A stretch of 64,000 bases of DNA from NCBI RefSeq assembly GCF_001194135.2, contig NC_068990.1, positions 91,974,146 through 92,038,145 on the forward strand, given 5' to 3'. Made by a program: the position numbers and the translations under genes. Below are positions 37,561-50,216 of the stretch, one piece after another. Each line of letters begins with the position of its first letter. Within the stretch, counting starts at the first letter, position 1. The notes under the pieces were generated by a model. It was not told the origin of the DNA, did not search any database, and was given only the letters and a program-made list of their open reading frames with translations. This DNA is from Octopus bimaculoides. Its lineage: Eukaryota.

Positions 37561-38661
37561 GTTGGCTATACTTTCTTCATTTGTTTCTTCATTTCTTCAA
37601 CCTCGTTGGGATTCTTGTGGTTTTCAAAACAACTGTACTTACAGACTCAAGTGTGGCTATGTAGTAAGAAGTTTGCTTCCCAGCCACATGGTTTGGGTTC
37701 AGTCCCACTGTGTGCCACCTTGGGCAAGTATCTTCTACTATAGTGCTGGGCTGGGTTTGGTACATGGAAACTGAAAGAAGCCCTTTGAGAAGACGCATCA
37801 AGCCAAGTAAAATCACTGTTATCTATCCATACAGGCTGGTCCTTTACAGGTGGTGGTGCCACATAAAATGCACTCGTGCCAGTGCTGCGGAAACACACCT
37901 GTGCGCTGGTGGCACGTAAAACAGCACCCAGCACACTTTGTAAGGCAACTGGTGTTAGGTAGGGCATCCAGCCATAGAAACCATGCCACAACAGACAATA
38001 GGGGTCTGGGCAGCTCCCCTGCTGGCCAGCTCCTGTCAAACCGTCCAACCCATGCCAGAGTTGGTACCATTGACCCCCAGTACGTGATTGCTACTATATT
38101 TTATTGACCCTGGAGACGTGAAAGACATAGATGAATCTCAGTGGGAATTGAACTCAGTAATGGAAAGGTAACTCTCTGTTTCGACATTAGTAATGTATCT
38201 AATTGTAGTCACACCCCTAAGGTCTCCAACAAAAAACAACGTGAAACCCTGATTTCTGAATAATCCTACTTACATCTTGCTCTTTCTCTCTCTCTCTCTT
38301 AGTTTTGATTCTTATACACCCCCCCACCTTCTCTCAGACTTTAACCCTTTCTTCCCTGACATAAAAGCCAAACCCCATCCCTCAGTGTTTGCAGTCTCAT
38401 GAGCTGCAAAGTGACCTCAGTGGTGCTGCTTTTTGGTATGCAAAAAGCACCCAACACAGATTGTAAATTGGTTGGCTTTAAGAAGGGCATCTGGCCATGG
38501 AAACCCTGCCAAAGTAGACAATGGAGCTTGGTGTAGACCTAGGACCCATCAGACCCTGTCAACCCATGTCAGCAAGGAACATGAACATTAAATAATAATG
38601 ATGATGATTATGATGGTGATGATGATGATGATGACGATGCCTTTTCTTTCTCTATTTCCAG

Positions 38662-38847
38662 CATATTAACATTCTGAGGCAACACGGAGCTGACATAAAC
38701 GCCATCAGTAATTACAATTCTCGCTCCGCCCTCCACGTAATGTTGGAGATGCAGCACTACAACTGCGCCATGACTTTACTTAGTCACGGCATAGATGCCA
38801 ACTTAAAAGATAAAAACGGTAATACAGGCCTTCACATTGCAGTTGAG
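38662..38847 (+). CDS. PLA2G6: iPLA2-beta coding exon 7, ankyrin repeats (HGADINA...DKNGNTGLHIAVE)
   Basis: tttccag acceptor, gag|gtaagt donor, 186 nt, phase 0-0. Confidence 0.95.
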
Positions 38848-39069
38848 GTAAGTCACCATTTTGAACTGTGTCTTGTGTTAGTTGAATGTCTTTATATTCT
38901 GAGTGCCAAATCTGTGTGTGTGTGTGTTTAGGCTTGATGTGTCAAACGACTGAACCAAGTAAAAGAATATATATGTATGTATATAACATGTGCACACACA
39001 CACACACACACATTAATTCATGCATCATGTGGTCATGTGGTAACGAAATATTTTTCTGTGTTTCTCAAG

Positions 39070-39185
39070 CATCAAAATTTGAGTATGGTGAGAGCTCTGG
39101 CAATATTTGGCACTGATCTGAACATTCGTAACAATCAGCGGCACACTGCAAGACATATTGCTGCTTTACTGAAAACTGATAATGG
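39070..39185 (+). CDS. PLA2G6: iPLA2-beta coding exon 8 (HQNLSMVRALAIFGTDLNIRNNQRHTARHIA)
   Basis: ctcaag acceptor, gg|gtattt donor, 116 nt. Matches human [20 protein letters not shown]. Confidence 0.92.
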
Positions 39186-39513
39186 GTATTTATTACTGAT
39201 TCTTTACCATTTAAAAAAAATTTATTAATATATATATATGTTATTTATGTGTGTTTTTTTTTGTGTGTGTCATCTTCATTGACATCGTCATTTAATGTCC
39301 ACTTTTCCCTGCTTGCATGGGTCTGATGGAATTTGTTGAGGCAGGCTTTTCTGTGGTCAGATACCCTTCCTGTCACCAAACCTCACCTGTTTCCAAATAA
39401 GGTAATATTTCTCCATGGTTGGACATGCTTTCACTGAAGATTGCATATGAACCACACTGCTTGTTTGACAGTGAAACTCATTTACAACTATCATATGCAA
39501 TGCGAAGACAAAG

Positions 39514-39546
<33 letters not shown>

Positions 39547-39946
39547 CAACAGGCCTCCACACAGCTTATGTCTACCAAATTCACTCACAACGTACTGGTC
39601 AGTCTGGGGCTGTAGCAGAAGCCACTTGCCCAAGGTCCAAGGTATCACACTGTTGGACTCAACCTGAAAACATGTAACTGCAAAGTGAGCTGACCAGAAT
39701 ATGCTATGACTACTGACCAAGCATAGAAAAGCAGATAAAAAATCATACGTATATATATATATCATTATTATCATCGTTTAACGTCTGCTTTCCATGCACG
39801 ATTTGACTGAGGACTGGTGAAACCAGATGGCTACACCAGGCTCCAATCTGATTTGGCAGAGTTTCTACAGCTGGATGCCCTCCCTAATGCCAACCACTCC
39901 GAGAGTGTAGTGGGTGCTTTTACGTGCCACCAGCACGATGTACGTA

Positions 39947-40935
39947 TCATCATCATCATCATCGTCGTTTAACGTCCGCTTTCCATGCTAGCATGGGTTG
40001 GACGATTTGACTGAGGACTGGTGAAACCGGATGGCAACACCAGGCTCCAATCTAATTTGGCAGAGTTTCTACAGCTGGATGCCCTTCCTAACGCCAACCT
40101 CTCAGAGAGTGTAGTGGGTGCTTTTACGTGTCACCNNNNNNNNNNNNNNNNNNNNNNNNNNNNNNNNNNNNNNNNNNNNNNNNNNNNNNNNNNNNNNNNN
40201 NNNNNNNNNNNNNNNNNNNNNNNNNNNNNNNNNNNNNNNNNNNNNNNNNNNNNNNNNNNNNNNNNNNNNNNNNNNNNNNNNNNNNNNNNNNNNNNNNNNN
40301 NNNNNNNNNNNNNNNNNNNNNNNNNNNNNNNNNNNNNNNNNNNNNNNNNNNNNNNNNNNNNNNNNNNNNNNNNNNNNNNNNNNNNNNNNNNNNNNNNNNN
40401 NNNNNNNNNNNNNNNNNNNNNNNNNNNNNNNNNNNNNNNNNNNNNNNNNNNNNNNNNNNNNNNNNNNNNNNNNNNNNNNNNNNNNNNNNNNNNNNNNNNN
40501 NNNNNNNNNNNNNNNNNNNNNNNNNNNNNNNNNNNNNNNNNNNNNNNNNNNNNNNNNNNNNNNNNNNNNNNNNNNNNNNNNNNNNNNNNNNNNNNNNNNN
40601 NNNNNNCTGACGGGTATTCACATTGACATTACACATCCAGCGGAGCATACTGGCTTCATTCCTTGCGAGCTTACGTATGTCCTCAGCAGTTACAGCCCAT
40701 GTTTCACTGCCATGTAGCATGGCTGTTCGTACGCATGCGTCATACAGTCTGCCTTTTACTCTGAGTGAGAGTCCCTTTGTCGCCAGCAGGGGTAAGAGCT
40801 CTCTAAACTTTGCCCAGGCTATTCTTATTCTAGCAGCTACACTTTCAGCGCACCCACCCCCACTACTAACTTGGTCGCCCAGATAGCGGAAGTTATCGAC
40901 TACCTCTAGTTTTTCACCCTGGAATGAGATAGAAG
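39947..40935 (-). mobile_element. RTE-clade LINE 3' part (ORF fragment, N gap, 3' UTR, (GAT)n tail)
   Basis: QGEKLEVVDNFRYLGDQVSSGGG...RIRIAWAKFRELLPLL...KGRLYDACVRTAMLHGSETW. Beyond the gap lies the ggaagggcatccagc...gttaaacgacgatgat tail. Confidence 0.9.
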
Positions 40936-42604
40936 TTGTTTCCTGTTTGTTTACAGTCTTTATTGCACCTACGTGTGTATATATATACTCACTCATTTGG
41001 ATCATGTTAATTGGAGTTATTAGCTTAGAAACTTCCGGCATGTAAATGACTGTCAATTTATACTGTAGGAACATAAATAAATTAATGAATTAATTAATCA
41101 ATTAATAATATTCTTTTTTATGATTCGATCATAAGATTCAAAATGATTATTTAATATCAGGTATACCACAACTCCAACTTCAGTAATAACATTAGTTACA
41201 TATATCATGTGGTAAAGAAATATAAGGAAAGGAGTTGTTACATATGTTTCAGTAGCACGGCAGTTTATTCATGATATATATCATCAGCAAAGATAAGTGC
41301 ACAGATCACTTTAATTCTTTCAATATCTGATACAAACTGCTCAATAGTTTGACTGTTTTCCCCACTTTCTTCCATAAACTGTTTTGTGCTAATGTAATAG
41401 CTTCCTTGTGCAGGTGTATATACATCATTATTTCGTAATATCTACATATTACATTATCTAATTAAGTTGTTGAAGTGTTACATTACTGTTAAGATTTTAA
41501 ATGTAACAAACAATTGATTGAGTGAAATCTATATTATTAATAATTACAACAACTTGTTAGATAATGGTGGGCTTCCCCCTTGTATTTTTCTTCCCCATTT
41601 TCCCCACCCACTTCCACCACCACCACTCATCAACTGCAGTCTTTCTCCCTTTCTTTTTCTTTCAGGGAATTCACTCTGACTCACATGTGTAAGCACATGC
41701 ACACACATTTAGGTCAATACTTACATGTGTTTCTGTGTGTGTGTATGCAGACATTCAGCATTGTTCGTTTTCCTTGACCTAATGTGCCTCAATATGCCTC
41801 TCTTTACCCCACTTGGAGTTGTCAGCTCTCCAGGTAGCTGTTTTCACCCTTCTTTCTTTCCCTTTGCCCTGAGGATATCAGTATCTGGAAGATACAATAA
41901 TTCATTAAGCAGTCATACTTATGTAATTAATTAGACTCATGCAAGAGCCCTTGACCATCGGTCAAACCCTTGCACAAACCTTCTCCTTTTCAGATGCTGA
42001 AAGCTTCCCTCCAGCTACCCGTTTGCTCTTCCTATCAAACCCACAAACTTAGATCAGCCACAATTAATGCAGGCACAATGGAAGGTAGATATTTTAAGCA
42101 TCACAGACATTATTGCTCATCAAACCTAACAGAATAGGCTGCAGCCTATGTTTCCACATATCAGACAATTTGTAAAGGGGAAATGTTGTATCCAGTGACT
42201 GGTGCAACTGTATAATAGTTAACTGTTACAAGGGTTAAAGAAGATATCTTAGAGAGAGAGATATTTACAAAGGTATCAGATTGCTGCACCATGTCATGAG
42301 AGTTACAGAAAGACTTAAGTCTTAATTAATCAAGGAGAGAGTTTTGTGCCAGAGCAAAGTATTATAAATGCCCTCTTCCTTCAAGACAACTGCAAGAAAA
42401 GTACTTACCTAAAAATAGCCACCCCAAACATACACTTAGCATTTGCTGGACTTCAACAGGGTCGCTCACTCTGTATTTGGGTGGCTGCTGAGGAAACTCT
42501 AAGTAGATGAATGGTTTGTGAGAACTGTACAAGCTATGTGCAGAGATGCTGTCAGTAAGGTGAGAGTTAGCAATGAGTGCAGTGATGAATTTAGCATGCA
42601 AGTA

Positions 42605-43590
42605 GGACTTCATTTGGGCTCAGTTCTCTGTCCCTCATATTCGTTATAGGTCATAAAAGGGGTTTAAGATGGGTTGCCCATAAGAATTGCTATGTGTTGA
42701 TGACATTGTTCTTATAACTGATTCTGTGGTAGAATTAGAAACTTCAAGCACACTCTGGAATTAAAGGGCCTCAAAGCTAACATAGAAAAGATGAAAGTTT
42801 TAGTAAGTAGGGAAACCAACAGATCTTTGCTTCCGTCAGGGACACGGCTTTGCTTGATACGTAGAAATTCCAAACGGAATACCTGTACAAACTTTGAAAA
42901 AACACAAGAGATGCAATGGTATCAGAAGGAAGTAGATTTTGTATATGGGAGTTACTCAAAAGCAACAAGCCCTTCTTCCAAAATGCTCAGAAGATAGTAA
43001 ACAGCATCTGTTACCTGGGTGTCCTAATTAGTGGTGGAGAAAGGTATTGGAAAAGTGGGGTTGCAAGAATAAGAACAGGCTTGGCAAAAGCTCAGAGAAC
43101 TTAGATCTCTGCTGATAACAAAAGATTTCTCCCTCAAAGTGAAAGTCAGATTGTGTATGAAATGCCAGGCTACATGGTAATGAAGCATTCTCCCTGAATG
43201 TGGAAGGTTTGCAAAGATTAGAAAGAAATGAAGTGCATATGCACCATTGGATGTGCAACATAAGTGTGCATGTATGACACAATATAAATGTGTAGAGAGA
43301 AAAATTGAACACAGGAGGAATCAGATGCAGTGTGTCAGAAAGAAGGCTGTGCTGGTGTGAGTATGTGGTGTGTATGGATTAGGATGGTTATATAAAAGAA
43401 GTGCTGGTCACCTAATGTAGATGGAGCTTGTGGTAAAGGGAATCCCTGGAAGATATGAGATGCCACAGAGCAAGCTGATGTCAGAATTTTGAACCTCATG
43501 GAAGAGATGACAAAGAACCAAGATGACTGGAGATGTGCACGGCTTGAGAAGACCTGCCCATCCCTGTAAAACAGATTCTGGAAATAATGT
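42605..43590 (+). mobile_element. Heavily degraded RTE-clade LINE RT region and 3' end
   Basis: Remnants of GLH.GSVL.P and a (Y/C)VDD motif, then YLG...SGG, and ...RCARLEKT at the end; many stops and frameshifts. Confidence 0.7.
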
Positions 43591-44191
43591 GTGTATACAT
43601 ACATCATCATCACCATCATCATCATTTAACATGTTTTCCATTACACACACACACACACACACATAACTGCCCCTCTCACCCAATTTCTTTCTCAAGCCTT
43701 TTTTACTACTCATCATCTCTATATCACTGGTCCTCCTCCTCTGCCATTACCTTAATAACTGCAGATATTAAATGAGAGCAGTACTGCATGTTTCATCATC
43801 TTTTTCTGTGATATCAGTTATCTTTTACACTTCCCCAGACATCCCTCCATAATTCTTAATATTGTCCCTCTCCACTCACATTTTACACTGATCACTCTTC
43901 TGTGCCACCAAATTATCTCTCCTTCTCAGCCATCATACATTACTTACTTTTCCATAATCTTTGCATCTGCCTCTTCTTTTACTCATGCCCTGGTACTGGT
44001 ACCAGGAGAAAAAGCATCTGGTACCTTCTGTAAAGTGGGCAGCATTAGGAAATTCATCAAGCCGTAGAAACTACCCCAAAACTGAGACACTGGAGTAAAA
44101 CAGTCGTGCGACTTGCTAGATCCTGTCAAGATGCTCAAATGGAAGGTGGACATATATATATATATATATATGTCCACCTTCCATTTGGACA

Positions 44192-44241
<50 letters not shown>

Positions 44242-44738
44242 NNNNNNNNNNTGTATGTATGTATGTATGTATGTATGTATGTATGTATGTATGTATGTAT
44301 GTATGTATATATGTGTGTGTGTATGTGTACATATTTATGTATGCATGTATATGTATGTATGTGTATATACATGTATGTGTATGTGTGTGTATTTGTATGT
44401 TGGTGTGTGTATGTGTATGTATATATGTAATATATAAATGCCTCACTAATGCTGATTTCACGAAAAGAGCCTCCAGTATGCTCTGCAAAGTGGTTGGTGT
44501 TAGGAAGGGCAACTAACTATAAAAATGGAAACACAAATGAAACGTAAGCAACATGAGGTTTGCCTGGCCCATCTAGGTGAGTAGTACCCTTCAAGTATGT
44601 GCATCAATCAATCTCTCCCAACCCATGCCAGCATGAAAAGCAGACATAAAACAGTGATGATGATGATGATGATTATTCTAATAAAGATGATGGTATAATG
44701 TATGTATAAATATCATATTTATTTGTTGTCCACACTAG

Positions 44739-44881
44739 GCCTGAAATAGTATGTTCGCTAAATCAGAGTGGGGCTTCTCGTTGCGGAACTGATGTTTCTG
44801 GCTGTCACCGAGGTTGTGTATCTGGTGGTCAGTTCAATGGAAGTTTGAAGACAAAATCTCTTGTGATTGATGATTATGATG
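44739..44881 (+). CDS. PLA2G6: iPLA2-beta coding exon 9, Cys-rich linker (PEIVCSLNQSGASRC...GCHRGCVSGGQFNG)
   Basis: cactag acceptor, g|gttagt donor, 143 nt, phase 2-1, open frame. Resembles the invertebrate GAKRC...GC...FNG linker as I recall it. Confidence 0.88.
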
Positions 44882-45339
44882 GTTAGTGTTGGACTTCTTT
44901 CTGATGTCGTCCTCTCTCTTTCTCCACGGCACCATCTTCCTTGCTACACACGCTCCTATCTAACCCTAACCTTTGCTTTCTCCTTTCTCCTTCTGATCCA
45001 TCCTCATCTCTCTTGCACTTTCTCTCGCATCCTTTAACTCTTTGCCTACTCTGCGAGTCACTGGTAACTCTACACACTCTATTCTTAACATATATTAACT
45101 GGTGACTCTCCATGCTATATTCTTAATATATATCGTATGAGTATGGGGACTCCTTATGCTATATTCTTAATATACCATATGAGTCACTGGTGACTCCCAA
45201 TGAGGTTTTGTTTCTATGGACCCTCACATTATTTTGGTTCAAATTATTTTATTCAAATTTTAGGAAATGTACAAAACGCGGATATATAAGAAGGGTACAA
45301 ATCACTACTATCGCCATTAGTCAGAAAGCAGCACAGCCC

Positions 45340-45603
45340 CCCCATGACTTTTGGAAACATTTCTTCACACTCAGAATCACTGAAGCATGGAACAGACTAC
45401 CTGCATCGGTTGTTAGTTGCCGAGACATTGCATCCTTTAAAAGCTCCATACTTCCTGAAATTCGCCAACACTACACCTGATATCTCCACCCCCTCCATAC
45501 ATATGCACACATGTATATCCTGACTCTTACACTGTTCCCTTCTATGTACTGCACATGCACCTTTGATGAGTTGTAGTGCACCTGAGCACTAGACATGATT
45601 ATT

Positions 45604-45639
<36 letters not shown>

Positions 45640-45640
45640 G
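45340..45640 (+). mobile_element. CR1/L2-like LINE 3' end with (ATT)n tail
   Basis: HFFTLRITEAWNRLPASVVSCRDIASFK matches the CR1-group C-terminal FF..RV...WN.LP..VV......FK signature. Confidence 0.75.
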
Positions 45641-47036
45641 AGTGCTAGAGAAAAAAGTGATAAATAAATGAAAAGAATTTATAAACTGAGGTATAATTGA
45701 GGTATAATTCATAAATTGGGATATAATTTTAGCACTTTTTAATATGTGTCACCAGTGACTCCCACAGCATGCAGTGAATGCCATATTCATTCTGTACTGC
45801 AGGAGTCACTGGTAATACCCATGCTAAAAATCAGTGTGATAATTTACACCATGAACTAGAACACACACACACACACACACATATATATATTGACCCAGGA
45901 TGACATGGGATGAGGTGGTGAAGCACAATCTTCGAATGTTGGGCCTAATGGAGGTGATGACAAGTGGCCAAGACCTTTCGTGATATATTGTATTTGGAAG
46001 TGAGACTCCAGCTTGGGAGTACAGGAGTTTTGAGAAGTATGGTGTTACTTTTTAGTTATCACTATACTCAGGACCACTGTGGCCCAGGGTTGTAGTCCTG
46101 TCAAGGGTACCACTTTTGGACCAAATACAGAAGACTGTCCCATAACTGAAGACTTAGAGGCAGGTTGTCCTCTAGACATTTATCACACAGGTCCACTGGT
46201 ATGTGGTCATACACTGATGACATTTATCACACTGGTGTGTGGTCATGCTCTGATGTCATGTGAACCAATGACCACTACCTAGGGTTTGCTTAGGCTCTTT
46301 TACCTCAAGGGTTAGAGCAAGAAATCAGGAAAGAAGCAGAGTAAACGGTAAAATAAGCTGGCAGAATGCAACATGAATTCACTACTGTATCTTTCCCAAG
46401 AAAAATCATGAATCTTCAGACTTTGGCATGGTGGTTCATGACTGCCAATACTTGTAAAACAAGCATGGCACATAGGGAGAGACAGGCAGACATGTCGAAA
46501 AATATTAAAATATTATTTGCAAAACATTGAATGAGTTAGATAAAATTATTATTCCAGAAATACTTTAATTACAGTATTAATATTAGAACTGAGTATATTG
46601 TTCCATTATCTAATCCTACTTAAATTAACATAAAGGTAATTTCTTACTCCAGTCTTCTCTGGTTTTAATTCTCTTATTCGCTCTTTTCCTGTTTGCAAAT
46701 CAGAGCAATGTAATTAACACCTTACATTTTTACTTTCATTTTACTTCTTCTGCTGCCACTCACTCACTCTGTTTTTTGACAGCCTCTTCTTTCAATATTG
46801 TCTCCTTAGCTTTTCAGCAAATAACTACACAAAGCTAATAATGATTACATGTGCATTGTTTCAAGCTCTTGGTGTTTACAGTGATTTCAGCTTTTCCTTT
46901 CATCTTTCCTTGGTCAGTGAAATAAAATACTAATTAATTACTTGCATCAATTTAATCAAGTGTGTCCCTCTTCTAAATCTGAATCCTTTTGCCTGTGTTA
47001 TATGCTATTATCATAGCCTTATATTTTCTATTGCAG

Positions 47037-47110
47037 CTGCCTATGATGAAATGCTAATAGGGAAATTTCTAGCTACACATGGTGCCAACAAAAACAAGGA
47101 TGGTTACAGG
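47037..47110 (+). CDS. PLA2G6: iPLA2-beta coding exon 10 (AYDEMLIGKFLATHGANKNKDGYR)
   Basis: ttgcag acceptor, agg|gtaagt donor, 74 nt, phase 1-0. Exactly bridges exons 9 and 11. Confidence 0.82.
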
Positions 47111-48111
47111 GTAAGTAGGAAAATCTTGAATGACTCCTGTGTTTTTGTTTAGCCCCGGGTTAGCCCTGACTGAGCTGAACAATTATCAAAGCTCTTCAAG
47201 CTTTGATTGTCCTATCTTTAAGATAGTGCGTGATTATTTGGGCTGGTATACTTAATCTTCTATGGCCTGGTTTAATATTAATATCTAAAGGCAGCAAGTT
47301 GGCAGAAATGTTAGCACACCGGGTGAAATGTTTAGCAGTATTTCGTCTGTCTTTACGTTCTGAGTTCAAATTCTGCCGAGGTCAACTTTGCCTTTCATCC
47401 TTTCGGGGTCGATAAATTAAGTACCAGTTGTGTACTGGGTCGATCTAATCGACTGCCCCTCTTCCCCCAAAATTTCAGGCCTTGTGCCTAGAGTAGAAAA
47501 GGATATTACTATCTGGCCCTTGTGAAACCTTTAGAGCCATCTACTGTATTTCAAGGGTTCAGGCCAAGAATAACTTCCCCCTTCCTGCTTTCAGTAACAG
47601 GGTCCTTAAAAAGAGGACATGGCTGCTGCCATCAGTTCAGCTAACTAAGCCATCAAAAAAAATTATAATTATTCTAAAACTACTTCATCTAATATCTTCT
47701 TTTTTAAAACTGTAGTGATTGATTTTAAGGAATATTTGGCTGCTATTTCTTACAAGCTTAGTGACCGTATAGTCTCCTTCTTTGCCTCACTTTTATATGT
47801 TGAGATGACTAACATGGCAGTACTGGTTGAGTCCAGCTCAAAACTTTATCTGTGTATCGCGATTTCTGAGTGGGGGTGCTAGATCTCCTTGTTCGAAAAT
47901 ATAAGGACACAGATCGTGTCATTATAGCCAGCTGGAGACGATGTCTCCTGGGGCTAAATTACAGCAACATTCGTCCTAAACCAGGACTGCCATGTTATGT
48001 TGGCAAACACTCTTTACTCCAAGAACAGCAGTTGTGCATTTGTTCATATTTATTTCCTTCCTGTACATTTAATCTATCTTCTTCTTACCCTTTCATTGTT
48101 CCTTAATTAAG

Positions 48112-48265
48112 GTCCTCTGTCTTGATGGTGGCGGTATCAGGGGTTTAATTACAATCCAGATGTTAATTGAAATAGAGAAACATGTTGGTAAACCAATCCA
48201 GGAATGTTTTGACTGGATTTCTGGCACAAGTACAGGAGGAATCCTTGCTTTGGCAATAGCCCAGG
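48112..48265 (+). CDS. PLA2G6: iPLA2-beta coding exon 11, patatin catalytic domain ([10 protein letters not shown], catalytic GTSTG)
   Basis: [16 protein letters not shown]...[17 protein letters not shown]; aattaag acceptor, g|gtgagt donor. Confidence 0.98.
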
Positions 48266-48715
48266 GTGAGTATATCAAAGCTCTTCTTTACAGACTTTTA
48301 CACCACTTTTGCACACAAACACACACACACACACACGTTTGTGTTCTTTTTTTAGAGCATATTTTGAAGTATTGAGAAATTTGAAAATAAATGTTTTTAT
48401 GAAGTTACTTTATTAGCCACAAACTAGTTGCTTGATAAAAAAAACCGTTGCTGTGGGGTTAAGGATACCTCCCTGTCCCTTGCTTCCACTAGTTCTAAAT
48501 GCCCTGTAAAAGGTCACCAGCTCTGTCTTCTCTCCTGGTTAAAATTAGATGCGAAATAGATTTCTCTCTTTTCTTCCTCCCACTTTTTTTTTTTTTTTTT
48601 TACATATTCTCAAAACAAACCCCTCACCACGTTCTTTTTGCCCGCTTCCCTTCCATTTTCTCAAATCAGTATTTTTTTATTCTCTGCTCTACTTTGGTTC
48701 ATGGTTTCATTGCAG

Positions 48716-48866
48716 GTAAATCGTTGAATTATTGCAAAAGTTTATATTTCCGGATGAAAAATGAGATATTTTCTGGCAAACGACCATATTCTTCTGACAA
48801 ACTCGAACAACTGTTGAAAGATGAGTTTGGTGAAGACACTGTCATGTCAGATTTGAAACGCCCAAA
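48716..48866 (+). CDS. PLA2G6: iPLA2-beta coding exon 12 (YFRMKNEIFSGKRPYSSDKLEQLLKDEFGEDTVM)
   Basis: ttgcag acceptor, aa|gtaaga donor. Near-identical motif to human YFRMKDEVFRGSRPY...EFGEHTKM. Confidence 0.97.
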
Positions 48867-49725
48867 GTAAGAAACACATACATATATATATCTATAAACA
48901 CATACATAATTAACAAAATTGATAGAGACAAATAAAAACCAATCATGTTTTATTGATATAGTTGGAATACTTAATGTGAAATACATGAAAAGCACCATTC
49001 GAGCGTGATTGTTGCCAGAGTTGCCCTCCTGGCACATGTGCTAGTGGCACCTGAAAAACAACATTTGAGCATGGTCATTGCCAGTGCCACTGGACTGGCT
49101 CCCATGCAGGTAGCATGTAAAAAAACACCTTTTGAGCGTGGTTGATGCCAGAACCGCCTGACTGGCCCTCGTGCCGGTGGCACGTAAAAAAGCACCCACA
49201 ACACTCTCAGAGTGGTTGGCGTTAGGAAGGGCATCCAGTTGTAGAAACTCTGCCAGATCAGATTGAGCTTGGTGCAGCCTTCTGCTATTTACATGCCACC
49301 GGCACAGGAGCCAGACAGCTGCTCTGGCAATGATCACGTAGCTTCTCTCAGTTTCTTTCTACCAAATCCACTCACAAGGCTTTGGTCGGCCTGAGGCTAT
49401 AGTAGAAGACACTTGCCCAAGGTGTCACGCAGTGGGACTGAACCCAGAACCATATGGTTGGGAAGCAAACTTCTTACCACACAGCCACGATTTTTAAATC
49501 TTGTTCAAAGCAATCAGCTTTTAATAATGAAAAAAGTTATTTTTGCTGAATTCTTTTAATTGAAGCAAAACCATTGTATTTCAACAGAAATATGATAAAT
49601 AAAAGTGTTTAAACCAATACAGTTCCCCTCCCCTCTTTCATCTTCTCCTCTTCTTTCTTTTCCCTTTTCAAACTTTGCACCAAATTGTTTCCTTTCTTAA
49701 TTTATATATATATTTCTGTTGCCAG

Positions 49726-49847
49726 GGTGATGGTGACAGCTGTCATAGCTGACCAGATTCCACCCAAACTGCACCTTTTCCAGAATTATTCTTACTCAGT
49801 AGTGTTACCCAACATAGAGCAACAGCCAGAGGAGACATCTATCCATG
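49726..49847 (+). CDS. PLA2G6: iPLA2-beta coding exon 13 (VMVTAVIADQIPPKLHLFQNY)
   Basis: tgccag acceptor, g|gtaagt donor. Matches human [21 protein letters not shown]. Confidence 0.95.
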
Positions 49848-50054
49848 GTAAGTATGGGAGACAATTCTGGTCATGTTTACGGCATTTCTTTTTTTCTAAC
49901 CTCCTTAGTGAAATTTGTCTCTTCCTTTAAATTGCTGAATTAGTCATGATGAATAAATCTGTTGGTAAATAAGCAGAAATGTTTGTTTTCTATTAGCAAA
50001 ATAGAATTGTTCAGAAATTAAATAATTCCAAGATACCATCCACACACAGAAAAA

Positions 50055-50216
50055 ATTAAGTCCCACTGTCCTATAAATAGGACACTAAATGAGAACATTA
50101 AATAAGCTATATCACATTGTCTCAGTGTCCTATTTATAGGACACCGAGTATTTCCATTTCTATTAAAGGAGTTTCATTTCAACCTATTTTCAATCATCTG
50201 TAAAAATTTAAAAGTA
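50055..50216. mobile_element. Possible piggyBac-type MITE remnant
   Basis: ttaagtccca at left and tgggacttaatgggttaa at right; two inverted near-palindromic tgtcctat(a/t)(a/t)ataggacac motifs inside. Confidence 0.4.
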
